A stretch of 64,000 nucleotides of DNA from a virus (Duplodnaviria; Caudoviricetes), in the IMG/VR virus record IMGVR_UViG_3300005281_000021, positions 18,783-82,782 of that record. One strand, 5' to 3'. The position numbers and the translations under genes were made by a program. Under the pieces are notes generated by a model. It made no database searches and was not told where the DNA came from. It saw nothing but the letters and a program-made list of their open reading frames with translations. Below are positions 1-8,912 of this stretch, one piece after another. Each line of letters starts with the position of its first letter. The stretch's first letter is position 1.

Positions 1-2
1 TC

Positions 3-350
3 GGGCTGGCCAGCGCCAGCGGCTGGTGGACTGACCCCGAGACCGGCAAGGACGTCCGGACGTGGCCGGACGGTACCCTCAAGCTGTGGATCGCGGCCAA
101 GCTGGCGCTGGTGCATTCCGAGGTCAGCGAGGCCCTCGAGGGTCTGCGCAAGGGCCAGATGGACGACAAGCTGCCCCACCGCTCCATGCTCGAGGTGGAG
201 CTGGCCGATACCGTGATTCGGATCTTCGACCTGGCTGGCGGGCTGGGCTTGGACATGGGCGGCGCGATCGCCGAGAAGCTGCGCTACAACGCCAGCCGGG
301 CCGACCATAGGATGGAATCACGGCGCGCCGCCGGCGGCAAGGCGTTCTAG
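3..350 (+). CDS. MazG-like nucleotide pyrophosphohydrolase (5'-truncated by window edge)
   Basis: Frame open from nt 3; motifs LALVHSEVSEALE, EVELAD and EKLRYN typical of phage MazG-like NTP-PPases. Confidence 0.8.
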   Translation, partial: GLASASGWWTDPETGKDVRTWPDGTLKLWIAAKLALVHSEVSEALEGLRKGQMDDKLPHRSMLEVELADTVIRIFDLAGGLGLDMGGAIAEKLRYNASRADHRMESRRAAGGKAF

Positions 351-388
351 GCAAATCCCGGTCGTTACCGCCCGGTCCTGCATTTTTG

Positions 389-408
389 TGCGCCCGACCT
401 GCGCCCGA
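389..408 (+). repeat. Integrase arm-type site, tandem TGCGCCCGA-CC-TGCGCCCGA
   Basis: Identical 20-mer at 673-692 on the other side of the tRNA-derived core. Confidence 0.7.
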
Positions 409-496
409 ACTTTTCCACTGCCCGCCGAGCACCAGTTGACTGGCGGGCCGACTTGCTCCTAAGTGATTGGGAACCCGTGATGTTTTGGTGACGAAG

Positions 497-541
497 TGGC
501 GCGCCCGAAAGGATTCGAACCTCTGACCCCCAGATTCGTAG
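497..541 (-). mobile_element. attP core: 3' half of tRNA-Arg(ACG), not a complete tRNA
   Basis: Minus strand CTACGAATCTGGGGGTCAGAGGTTCGAATCCTTTCGGGCGCGCCA: anticodon loop ACG, T-loop GGTTCGAATCC, CCA end; 5' half absent; adjacent to integrase. Confidence 0.85.
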
Positions 542-672
542 GAAGTTACTCGGGGTCTGCCACGACATCCTTCCGCATCACCAGAGTGAGCAAAACGTAA
601 CGGGTTTCAACGGTTTTCAGCCTGCACAACAGCACGGCGATGACCGAACCTAACCCACGGATCCCGGATTTG

Positions 673-692
673 TGCGCCCGACCTGCGCCCGA
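673..692 (+). repeat. Integrase arm-type site, second copy
   Basis: Direct repeat of 389-408. Confidence 0.7.
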
Positions 693-734
693 AATCCGGG
701 GCCGGACGCAAGCACCAGACTCAGGACTCACACA

Positions 735-1919
735 ATGGAGCGCACCAGAATAACCAAGAGCCTCATCGACGCTATCGAACCGGGACAGACAGATGTCTGG
801 ATCTGGGATAGGGAGCTGCCCGGCTTCGGCATCCGCGTCCAGCCGAGCGGGCGAAAGACCTATGTCGTCAGGTACCGGACACGACGGGGCATGACCCACC
901 AGCGCAAGATGACCATCGCTCGCTGCTGCGACCTGACCCCGGACAAGGCCCGGGAGCAGGCTAGGAAGGTGTTCGCCGCCGTGGCCGACGGCAGAGACCC
1001 GGTGGGCGATATGCGGCAGGCTGCCGCTGACGCCAAGACCATGCAGGATCTCAAGGTCCACTACATGCGACTGCACGCGAAGCCATTCAAGAAGCCGCGC
1101 AGCATCGAGCTGGACGAGAAAAACTGGCGCCTGCATGTCCTTCCGGCCATCGGCAACAAGCAGGTGCGGGAGGTCACCAAAACCGACATCCTGTCCATCC
1201 ACGGCAGCCTGAGCAGCCACCCGGCCACCGCCAACCAGGTGCTGGCGATGCTGTCCAAGGCGTTCAACCTGGCCGAGGATTGGGAATGGCGCGAGCGAAA
1301 CACTAACCCGACCGACGGTGTCAAGAAATTCAGCATACCCATCCGGGAGACGATCCTCTCGACCGCGCAGCTCCAGCGGCTGCATCTGGCGCTGGCCGCC
1401 ATGGTGGAGGACAGGAGCGTCCCGAAGGAATTCGGCGACCTCGTCCGTCTGCTCATCCTGACCGGCTGCCGGCTGCGGGAGATCATGCACGCCAAGAGGG
1501 AATGGGTCGACGATGAACGCCGCGTCCTCGTCCTGCCCAACACCAAGGTCGGCAGGAGGATCATCGCCCTCTCGCAGCCCTGCATGGACATCATCCGCGG
1601 CATTCCACGCAGCAACGAGTGGTTGATCCCGGGCCGTGTGGCTAACAAGCCGATGATCACGCCCTACTCCATGTGGCGGCGCCTGAAGAAGCGGGCCGGG
1701 CTGCCAGACGAGCTGCGGATCCACGACTTGCGGCACACTGCCGGGTCGATGGCTCACGCCGCCGGCCTGACCCAGAAGCAGGTCGCCATCATGCTCGGCC
1801 ACAGACAGCTATCGACCACCGAGCGGTACATCCACGGCCTGCACGGCGAAGGCGCCCGCGTCATGGACACGCTGGCCAGCGTGATCACGCAAAGCTGGTC
1901 ACCGGCCCAAGCGACCTAA
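735..1919 (+). CDS. int: Tyrosine integrase with N-terminal arm-binding domain
   Basis: WDRELPGFGIRV arm domain; catalytic LTGCRLREI, HDLRH, LGH..TTERY. Confidence 0.95.
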   Translation: MERTRITKSLIDAIEPGQTDVWIWDRELPGFGIRVQPSGRKTYVVRYRTRRGMTHQRKMTIARCCDLTPDKAREQARKVFAAVADGRDPVGDMRQAAADAKTMQDLKVHYMRLHAKPFKKPRSIELDEKNWRLHVLPAIGNKQVREVTKTDILSIHGSLSSHPATANQVLAMLSKAFNLAEDWEWRERNTNPTDGVKKFSIPIRETILSTAQLQRLHLALAAMVEDRSVPKEFGDLVRLLILTGCRLREIMHAKREWVDDERRVLVLPNTKVGRRIIALSQPCMDIIRGIPRSNEWLIPGRVANKPMITPYSMWRRLKKRAGLPDELRIHDLRHTAGSMAHAAGLTQKQVAIMLGHRQLSTTERYIHGLHGEGARVMDTLASVITQSWSPAQAT

Positions 1920-2123
1920 CTTCTCGGCTGCCGTCGCGCAGGCCACGCACAGGCGGTAGCCGTAGGCGCGACGGCACTCTGGCATATCATCCTCGCACTC
2001 TGCGCAGACCTCGGGGCCGTACTCGGGGTCTTGCGGCGTAAAGACCCGCTTCTTCGTGCGCGGGCCGTTGTTCATTTCCCAGATCCACGCTTCGTGGTCT
2101 TGGGCGCGATCTTCCAGGGACAT
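1899..2123 (-). CDS. DksA/TraR-type C4 zinc-finger protein
   Basis: CAEC..MPECRR....LCVAC pattern. Confidence 0.75.
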   Translation of the reverse strand: MSLEDRAQDHEAWIWEMNNGPRTKKRVFTPQDPEYGPEVCAECEDDMPECRRAYGYRLCVACATAAEKLGRLGR

Positions 2124-2380
2124 CAGTGTTCCGTAAGCTGTCGGATATAAGTCGCCTTTGCCGCGTTCGCGGCGGCGCACTCGGAGTACAGGCCGATCAG
2201 CGCGTCATCGTGCTCGAGCAGGTCGCCCATGGTGGCAGGCTTCGGCAGCGACGGGATCGGCGGGCATTCGGACAGTAGGCTGGCGTCCGGCACCGGGCGG
2301 CTGGTTTCCACATAGACCGTGGGCTTCGTCGTGCAGCCGGCCAACGCCAGGACGGACAGGACCACGGACAGGCGCATCAT
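2123..2380 (-). CDS. o-spanin (Rz1-like lipoprotein)
   Basis: Lipobox LAGC, Pro-rich, follows i-spanin. Confidence 0.8.
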   Translation of the reverse strand: MMRLSVVLSVLALAGCTTKPTVYVETSRPVPDASLLSECPPIPSLPKPATMGDLLEHDDALIGLYSECAAANAAKATYIRQLTEH

Positions 2381-2772
2381 TTCTTTGCCCCCAGAAACCG
2401 CAGATTCGCGGCATCGATGTGCCGGTTCAGCAAATCCACGCCGGAATCGGGGAGCTGGCAGTCGGTGTAAACGAGCTTCTCGCGCTCGACGCGAACCTCG
2501 TGGTTGAACGTCTTGTTCTCGATGCGGATGTTCTGCAGGGCGGTCAGGAATTGAGTGGCGATCTCCTGCCCGCGGCGCTGCTCGGCCAGCAGCTGGTCGT
2601 TCGTTGCCTTGAGCGCGTCGGCTTGAGCCTGCAGGAGCGCCTCACGGTCGGCTGCAAAGCGACCGGCAGCGATCTCATACCCCAGGTACATGCCAGACAG
2701 CAGAAGCGCGCATCCGCCAATGATGTACCAGGGAGTCGCGCTACTGGTGAGCCAACGCAGGATCTTGATCAT
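2377..2772 (-). CDS. i-spanin (Rz-like)
   Basis: N-terminal TM then coiled coil with a C-terminal Cys; lysis cassette position. Confidence 0.75.
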   Translation of the reverse strand: MIKILRWLTSSATPWYIIGGCALLLSGMYLGYEIAAGRFAADREALLQAQADALKATNDQLLAEQRRGQEIATQFLTALQNIRIENKTFNHEVRVEREKLVYTDCQLPDSGVDLLNRHIDAANLRFLGAKK

Positions 2773-2869
2773 CGGAGGAAATACCACCACACAGCAGCGA
2801 ACGAGGACGCGAACGGCGCGAGGTACGCGCACGCCATGCGAACCCGACTGTTCTGCTGATAGGCCCGTC

Positions 2870-3082
2870 TCATGGGACGATCACCTTCGAGATGACGGCC
2901 ATCACAACGGCGCTCATGGCGCCCGTGGCCAGCCCGTAGGCAATCAGCTTGACCGGAGCAAACTCGGCCTTTGTCACCAAGTCCTCGACGAGCTTCTCGA
3001 GATTTTCCACCTGCACCTGCAGACGGACTACGCTCTTCGAGAGCTGCATCAGGTCGCCGTGATTGTTGATGCCGTCGCTCAT
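2870..3082 (-). CDS. Small membrane protein (holin/antiholin-like)
   Basis: Coiled coil plus C-terminal TM, coupled to endolysin. Confidence 0.5.
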   Translation of the reverse strand: MSDGINNHGDLMQLSKSVVRLQVQVENLEKLVEDLVTKAEFAPVKLIAYGLATGAMSAVVMAVISKVIVP

Positions 3083-3084
3083 TG

Positions 3085-3786
3085 CTACTCCAGGAAGTAG
3101 GGCTCGTACTTCGCCCTACGCACATAGATGATCTCGCGGACGTACCCGCGGTTGATGTCGAAAAAGGACTGCCCATAGCCGGGCGATGGCTTCCTCGATT
3201 TCAGGCTGGTGCGCTCGACGTTGGAGAACCAGCGCGACGGGTCGCAGCCGGTCGTGTTCGAGCACAGGCGCCGATCCTGCAGCACACCGCTCTCGCCGCC
3301 ATTGTAGGCGGACAGGGTGAAGGCAAGCCGGTCGATCGGCGTGGCGGCGTCGCGCACGCGACCGAAGATCGAGCGATCCATCTCCACCAGCGCCAGGAGC
3401 TGGTAGTGTGGGTCGTAGCGGTTATCCCACGACCAGTCGCGCAGGCTGGCAAACTCCCGCTTCAGCTCCGAGAACTTGTCGAAGCGGATCGAGCCGTCGG
3501 CGCGGTAGGCGCGGGTGATCTGGCCGAAGCCGAAGCCGTACTCGCGGCTGGTCTTAAGCTCTGCGCGCGGATTCCAGCACCGGCTGTGCCTGAGCGTGAT
3601 GCAGGACTCCTTCTCGACCTGAGCGGCCAGGAAGGACGGTATCGGCGCGTCCGGCCACTTCTCGACCTGGATCCCGCGCAGGATCGGCAGGTACTGCTTG
3701 GCATTGGCGGGCACGTCTTGAGCGTGCCCGGCCACCGGAACCATCAGCGCGAACAGAACAGCAAGCGCGCGCAGCATGGCCGTCAA
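3085..3786 (-). CDS. Endolysin, SLT-type lytic transglycosylase with signal peptide
   Basis: QVEKES catalytic Glu, GFGQ, AYNGG motifs; hydrophobic leader ending GHA. Confidence 0.85.
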   Translation of the reverse strand: MTAMLRALAVLFALMVPVAGHAQDVPANAKQYLPILRGIQVEKWPDAPIPSFLAAQVEKESCITLRHSRCWNPRAELKTSREYGFGFGQITRAYRADGSIRFDKFSELKREFASLRDWSWDNRYDPHYQLLALVEMDRSIFGRVRDAATPIDRLAFTLSAYNGGESGVLQDRRLCSNTTGCDPSRWFSNVERTSLKSRKPSPGYGQSFFDINRGYVREIIYVRRAKYEPYFLE

Positions 3787-4091
3787 GCTCTCGCCCAGAC
3801 CACCAGAGCGAAGAACAGGATGCCGACGAAGAAAACGATCGACGACGCAATCAGCGCGGCAGGAAGGCTGCGCTCATTGATCGCCTGCTCGACGGCCTCC
3901 GTCAGGTGAATTTGCGGGAAGATGATGCGGCTGATAAAGATCGCCACGCCGGCCAGGATCGGCGCAAAGATCACCCACTCGATAAGGGTCGCCAACATAG
4001 GCCGGTCAATCCAGTACATAGCGACGAGCGCCGGCAGGATCAGGATCCACGCCGACCGGTCGAACAGGGCTTTTACACGGCGAAAACTCAT
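3783..4091 (-). CDS. Putative holin, 3 TM
   Basis: MSFRRVKALFD start with GGAG SD; three hydrophobic segments; directly upstream of endolysin. Confidence 0.65.
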   Translation of the reverse strand: MSFRRVKALFDRSAWILILPALVAMYWIDRPMLATLIEWVIFAPILAGVAIFISRIIFPQIHLTEAVEQAINERSLPAALIASSIVFFVGILFFALVVWARA

Positions 4092-4159
4092 GATCGCGCT
4101 CCATACAAACTGCGGGCTTGATGCCCGCAGAGTACGATCACGACCGACTGTTGCACGAC

Positions 4160-4765
4160 CTAGACGCCATACCGCCTGAAAGGGCTGACCCGGAACGCCA
4201 GCATGCACCGGCCCTTGTCCTCGACCTGTGTTCGGTAGAGCTTCCAACCGAACTGCAACTCCAGGCAGCGATGATCCGTGTAGTAGATCTGCCGCTCCCA
4301 CAAAAACGCCGTCTGGCCGCGGGCATTGACCGCCGTCCAGTAGCTCATGGACGGCTGCCCGGTGTCCCAGGTGTCGGAACCGTCCACGTGCTTGGTGATC
4401 TGCACGCCGGTCATGTCGTAGCCCAGAAGCCATTGAACGTAGTAGGCCGGATTGCGCCAGATCCACGCGGCCCTGGCGTACCAGCGCAGCACAGGCGACG
4501 ACAGCACGCGCTCGCGCCCGAAACGGCCCAGGAGCCAGTGCTCCTGGATCGCCGTCGGATGGCGCAGGATCAGGTCGATCTCCTGATCGTGCGTTGTGAT
4601 CCATTGCCAGTACCAGACCAGTCGCTCGCGGCCATCGTCGCCGACGCGAACGAACACTGGCAGAGCCGCGATGGGCGCCAGCACGAACGCCAACACGTCG
4701 GCGATGGTGGCGATGATCGCGCTCGGCACATAGCGCACGAGCGCACGAGCGAGTCCGGCGGTCAT
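4160..4765 (-). CDS. Hypothetical phage protein (Trp-rich, WIWRNPAY)
   Basis: Start overlaps upstream stop (ATGA); protein-like composition. Confidence 0.6.
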   Translation of the reverse strand: MTAGLARALVRYVPSAIIATIADVLAFVLAPIAALPVFVRVGDDGRERLVWYWQWITTHDQEIDLILRHPTAIQEHWLLGRFGRERVLSSPVLRWYARAAWIWRNPAYYVQWLLGYDMTGVQITKHVDGSDTWDTGQPSMSYWTAVNARGQTAFLWERQIYYTDHRCLELQFGWKLYRTQVEDKGRCMLAFRVSPFRRYGV

Positions 4766-5202
4766 TTGCTTGCGGCAAGGGCGAACAGATCGTCCAGACC
4801 CTGCTCTGTGCCGCCGAGCGCGGCCCACATCGACTTCAAGAACTCGTTGTCGCGCTCCCAGGTGTCGGCCTCGTACTCGATCTGTGCGGCGCGGCGCTGC
4901 ACAGGGTCGGTGATGGCCTCGATGGCTGCCTCCACGTCGTCCAGCTTGCCCACTTCCAGCAGCGCCAGACGGCCCTGGCGGCGGGTCACTTGCTGCGGCA
5001 CGTATGGCGGCGCTGGCGGGAATGGATGCTTGGAAATCGCGCCGGTATCAGGATCGATCTTCCAAACTCCGTCGGTTTCGTTGATGGTCTGCCAGAACAG
5101 TTCGTCGGAAATCTCGGCGGCATCCTCTGGTATCTCGCTATGGAGTTCAGAATCATAGCGGGCGACTAGTTCGTGCTGGCCATTAAATTGTGCAAATTTC
5201 AT
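4762..5202 (-). CDS. Tail fibre assembly/chaperone-like protein
   Basis: Follows fibre gene; VPQQVTRRQGRLALL..LDDLFALAA module. Confidence 0.7.
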   Translation of the reverse strand: MKFAQFNGQHELVARYDSELHSEIPEDAAEISDELFWQTINETDGVWKIDPDTGAISKHPFPPAPPYVPQQVTRRQGRLALLEVGKLDDVEAAIEAITDPVQRRAAQIEYEADTWERDNEFLKSMWAALGGTEQGLDDLFALAASK

Positions 5203-5204
5203 AA

Positions 5205-6179
5205 TTACCACCCTATAGCAATATAGGCAAACACATCCGTTGGCCCGCCACCGTATCCCATGAACCCGGTATTAGTCAGGTTGTTGTAACTTTGAACATA
5301 CCTGCTGCCCGGAAGCCCAAAATCCATAGCTGCCAACGCAAACGCTGCATTAGGAAAAGCAATGGGAAATATGACTTGCGTACCGGTTTCCGTTATTTGC
5401 GCTTGTCCCCATTGAATAATCAGCCCGCTAGGCAATTTCTGGTAGCCATTGACATTCATAAAATTCCCAAACGCAGCCGCCTTCCCCATCTGCAGGCTAC
5501 CGCTAACCGCGTACCAATTGACGCCGTTGGTCACGAAAGTGATGCTGTCTCCGTTCGCGCCGGACACCGACGTGTGCGTTCCCGCGCCGCCCAGATAGAT
5601 GATATCGGAGCCTTGACGCTGAATCGTCTGCGTCCCCGCCGTGCTCGAAAAGAAGAATTCGATCCGCGCGCCAGGCGTCATGGTGCTGGCCAGCGGCAGG
5701 GTCACGGTGTAGTTGGTGGTGCCGCTCAAAAATACCGATGCGCCCGCGTGCTGCGCGGTCAGCGTGGTCGCGCCACTGAGCGAAACGAAGGAACTCGACT
5801 GCAGCCCTTGGCGCCGCACGAACTCGGTGGTGGCGATGTTCGTGCTGTTATCGAACCGCGGCGGCGTCGGCGCTGTGGAGTTGTTCGCCAACGCCAGCGG
5901 GCCGATCATCGTGCCGCCGAGCGCCGTGATCGCGTTCGCAACCGCGAACCAGGAAAAGTTGATGCCCTGCAGGATCTCGCCGCCGATGGCCGGCGTTGCG
6001 AGCGTCAGGGTGAGCCCATCGGTCGCCGTGTACTCGCTCGAGTCCATCAGGCGACCGTCCAAGAAGAACAAGCAGACACCAGGCGTGTAGACGAGCGACA
6101 CCACGGTCTGCCCCGGCGTCAGCGTGACCGCCGGAGTGGCGTACATCCGGTGGATTGGGGAGTTTCCGAGATAGGCCAT
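5205..6179 (-). CDS. Tail fibre / receptor-binding protein
   Basis: PTPPRFDNSTNIATTEFV repeat; C-terminal GYQKLPSGLIIQWG..FPIAFPN; AT-richer tip. Confidence 0.85.
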   Translation of the reverse strand: MAYLGNSPIHRMYATPAVTLTPGQTVVSLVYTPGVCLFFLDGRLMDSSEYTATDGLTLTLATPAIGGEILQGINFSWFAVANAITALGGTMIGPLALANNSTAPTPPRFDNSTNIATTEFVRRQGLQSSSFVSLSGATTLTAQHAGASVFLSGTTNYTVTLPLASTMTPGARIEFFFSSTAGTQTIQRQGSDIIYLGGAGTHTSVSGANGDSITFVTNGVNWYAVSGSLQMGKAAAFGNFMNVNGYQKLPSGLIIQWGQAQITETGTQVIFPIAFPNAAFALAAMDFGLPGSRYVQSYNNLTNTGFMGYGGGPTDVFAYIAIGW

Positions 6180-6244
6180 AGTTACGCCTGCTTCCCAAGT
6201 GTTTGTGACATAATCATTTCGTCTCTGTGCCGATCCGAATACTC

Positions 6245-6811
6245 ATGCAGACGAAAGAAATTTGGCGTCCGGTGCCGATACAGCCGTTTGATCAATGCTA
6301 CGAAGTCAGCAACCTTGGTCGCGTTCGCAGCCTTCCAAGAAGCGTACCGTCCCGACCGGGAGTGACGAAGATCGTGCGCGGCGGCATCATGACCGCCACG
6401 AGAACCGGAGACGGGTACCTGCAGGTTTTCCTGCGCCGAGACGGACAAAAGAAGTTTGCTCTGCTGCATAGGCTGGTGGCCGGTGCGTTCTTGCCAGCAC
6501 CAGCGTCCGCGAACGACAACAACCTTCTTCAGGTAAACCACAAGAGCGGCGACAAGGCGGACTGCCGAGCAAGCAACCTCGAATGGACGACTTCCGCCGA
6601 GAACCATGCCCATGCTGCCAGTCTCGGACTCCGAGCGGTTGGCGAGCGATCGAACCTCAATAAGCTCACGAGCGATCAGATTCCAGAAATCCTGGCAGCG
6701 CGAGAAAACGGAGAATCCTACGCCAGCATTGGGCGCAGGTATGGAGTCACGGCGCCCGCTATTCGAAACGTCTGCATAGGAAAGTCGTGGAGACATATCA
6801 CTGGCTTTTGA
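6245..6811 (+). CDS. NUMOD4-HNH homing endonuclease
   Basis: EIWRPV..YEVSNLGRVRS; HRLVA, VNHK..NLEW..ENHAH; C-terminal HTH; antisense to operon. Confidence 0.9.
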   Translation: MQTKEIWRPVPIQPFDQCYEVSNLGRVRSLPRSVPSRPGVTKIVRGGIMTATRTGDGYLQVFLRRDGQKKFALLHRLVAGAFLPAPASANDNNLLQVNHKSGDKADCRASNLEWTTSAENHAHAASLGLRAVGERSNLNKLTSDQIPEILAARENGESYASIGRRYGVTAPAIRNVCIGKSWRHITGF

Positions 6812-7376
6812 TGATGTAGTTAAGTGCGACGTTGCGCGGGCGGGCTTCGGAGCCGCCTTCAGAGCTGACGAGGCTCTCCGAGCTTAAGTCGCTGTTGTAA
6901 ACCGTCGAGGCGCCGTTGGCGTTGAACGGCAAATTGTTGTTGCCGCCATTCACCAAAGGCATGGCACTGCTGGCCGCGCCTTTCGACCGCTGCATCAGGA
7001 ATTGGTGCCGGTGCGCCTTGTTCTCGTCGCCCTGCGAACTCCCCAGCGTCCGCCCCGCATCCACCCCGCGCCCGTTGTCCAGACCGCGGATGAACTCGCC
7101 ACGCAGATCCGGTAGCCCGAACGTCGTCGAGCCGTCGCCCGCCCCGTATGTCGTGCCGATGACCGCAAACAGACGAGCGTAGGTCGTGCGGCTTACATTC
7201 GACCCATCGCATAGCAGCCACCCGGTCGGCGGCACTGCGCCAGCGAACGGCAGGACGGTGCCGGGCGGCAGGAGGTTCTGCACGAACTCCGTCGACGCAG
7301 GCTGGGACGAGACATCATTCGCCGCCTGCGTCGGCACGTTGCGGTACGGAGCAATATCGTAGTTGAGTTGTCCCAT
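6798..7376 (-). CDS. Tail collar-domain fibre protein
   Basis: PPGTVLPFAG..GWLLCDG..YARLFAVIGTTYG..LPDLRGEFIRG..RPRNVALNYIIK. Confidence 0.9.
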   Translation of the reverse strand: MGQLNYDIAPYRNVPTQAANDVSSQPASTEFVQNLLPPGTVLPFAGAVPPTGWLLCDGSNVSRTTYARLFAVIGTTYGAGDGSTTFGLPDLRGEFIRGLDNGRGVDAGRTLGSSQGDENKAHRHQFLMQRSKGAASSAMPLVNGGNNNLPFNANGASTVYNSDLSSESLVSSEGGSEARPRNVALNYIIKSQ

Positions 7377-7694
7377 TTACAGCTCCGTCGCGGAAATCAC
7401 GTAATCGACGGCACCGGACTGGTCTGCTTGAACGTTAAGCGAGTTTCCCGCTTCGAGGATGATCTGAGCTTCAGGCTTGAGGGTCAGCGTGCCGCCCGGC
7501 GGAATGCTCGCCTGGTACAGAACATGCTTCGTGTTGCCCCCCTTGGTCACGGACACCGAGACCTGGGCAACATCACCGTTTGTGATGTTGCAGAAAACCG
7601 CCGAGGTGATGATGGCCGGGCCGGTTCCGGGCGCGGTATAAGCCGCAGCAGCCACGGTGCCGCAAGTGCCGATCGAACTCTTGAAAGTTGCCAT
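7377..7694 (-). CDS. Virion structural protein, fibre-associated
   Basis: Beta-rich ORF coupled between fibre genes. Confidence 0.6.
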   Translation of the reverse strand: MATFKSSIGTCGTVAAAAYTAPGTGPAIITSAVFCNITNGDVAQVSVSVTKGGNTKHVLYQASIPPGGTLTLKPEAQIILEAGNSLNVQADQSGAVDYVISATEL

Positions 7695-7697
7695 GGG

Positions 7698-8411
7698 TTA
7701 ACCCCCGAAAATGATCGCGTAAATCAGCGCCGTGTCGTTGACCTCCTGCTGCACGAAGGCCGTCGTGGCGACCTGCGTGGTGCTGGTGCCTGGTGAAGCC
7801 GTCGGCGCAGTCGGAACACCGGTCAGCGCGGCGTTGGTCAAGTCGCTGGTGGACTCGCGCACATCGGTGCCGTCGCACCAGATCTCGCGGTCTTTGCCCT
7901 GCGCGACGGCCACGCCAGTGCCCGCGGCGGTCTTGACGGTGAGCGTGAACGCGCCGCTGGTACGGTTCGAAACGATCCAGCTCTTGCTGACGTCCGGCAC
8001 GATCACATTGATGTTGGCCGTCAGCGTGCCGGTAAACACCAGGATGCCGGCGCCGGCTTCGGTAGCCGACAGGGTGACATTCGTGCCGCCGGCGACGTTC
8101 TTGGTGGTGATGCCGTTAACCGTGCCCTGCACGAACGCGGTCGTGGCGATCTTGGTCGAGTTGTCGCCAAGCGGCGGGGTTGGTGCCGTCGGCGTGCCGG
8201 TCAGGGCCGGCGAATTTTTCGGCGCGACAGTCGGCGGGATGGTGGCGCCGCTTTCCAGGTCGTCGACGTGCTTCTTCAAGTAGGCGGTTCGGTTCGCCAA
8301 GTTGAGTAGCGGCGCGTTTGCGACCCCGCCCACGCCGCCCGCGACCGGGTCGGTGACCTCGAGCTGGTAGACGCCAGTGTCGTACTGGATGATCTCCGGT
8401 TGATTCGCCAC
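7698..8411 (-). CDS. Proximal tail fibre protein
   Basis: GVYQLE..LANRTAYLK baseplate-attachment N-terminus; two ALTG.PTAPT..ATTAFVQ repeats. Confidence 0.85.
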   Translation of the reverse strand: MANQPEIIQYDTGVYQLEVTDPVAGGVGGVANAPLLNLANRTAYLKKHVDDLESGATIPPTVAPKNSPALTGTPTAPTPPLGDNSTKIATTAFVQGTVNGITTKNVAGGTNVTLSATEAGAGILVFTGTLTANINVIVPDVSKSWIVSNRTSGAFTLTVKTAAGTGVAVAQGKDREIWCDGTDVRESTSDLTNAALTGVPTAPTASPGTSTTQVATTAFVQQEVNDTALIYAIIFGG

Positions 8412-8418
8412 GGCAACC

Positions 8419-8868
8419 TCAGAAGTTGATGGTCCAAGTGCCCGCGAGTGTTATGTCGCTCTCCTTGTGGAGCGGAGCGCTGCGCGTCTTGCGGGCGTAC
8501 AGGGTGTTACCGGCGGTCAGCAGGCCGAATTCGGAAATCGCCTTCCCGTTGGCCTCGCCCGTGCCGAGCGAGAAGGCGAAGCGCACCTGGTTGTTCGCGG
8601 GATAGGACACCGTGTCGATGGGCTTGACGTAGGCGTCCGTCAGGGACGTATTGCCCGCGGTCGGCGCGGTCGGGTTGGTGCCGAAGCCGATCTGGGTGAT
8701 GCTGCGGTTGGTCACGTCGCCGCCCAGCAGGCGAGCGTGGATCTGCTTGGAGTTGTTGACGATGAGGTTTCGCTCTTCGAAAACCTCGATCAGCTCCCCG
8801 CGGCGGTAGACCTCGAGAACAAAAAAGCCGCAGGGCATCTGGGCATAATCGGTAATGGAGAAGCTCAC
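8419..8868 (-). CDS. Baseplate/fibre attachment protein
   Basis: NLIVN..GEANGKAISEFGL..ARKT motif; GGAGG SD before GTG. Confidence 0.7.
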   Translation of the reverse strand: MSFSITDYAQMPCGFFVLEVYRRGELIEVFEERNLIVNNSKQIHARLLGGDVTNRSITQIGFGTNPTAPTAGNTSLTDAYVKPIDTVSYPANNQVRFAFSLGTGEANGKAISEFGLLTAGNTLYARKTRSAPLHKESDITLAGTWTINF

Positions 8869-8912
8869 GCAGACCTCCGGTAGTTTGGGATGATTGTCCC
8901 GTCACGACCCCA

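Noticed and set aside
497-541. Functional tRNA-Arg gene
   Set aside because: Only the anticodon loop to CCA is present; no D-arm or 5' acceptor strand
6245-6811. Group I intron around either HNH gene
   Set aside because: Both HNH genes are intergenic with intact flanking ORFs and no intron core elements seen
5205-7376. DGR or invertible tail-fibre cassette
   Set aside because: No reverse transcriptase, invertase, TR/VR pair or inverted crossover sites noticed in the window
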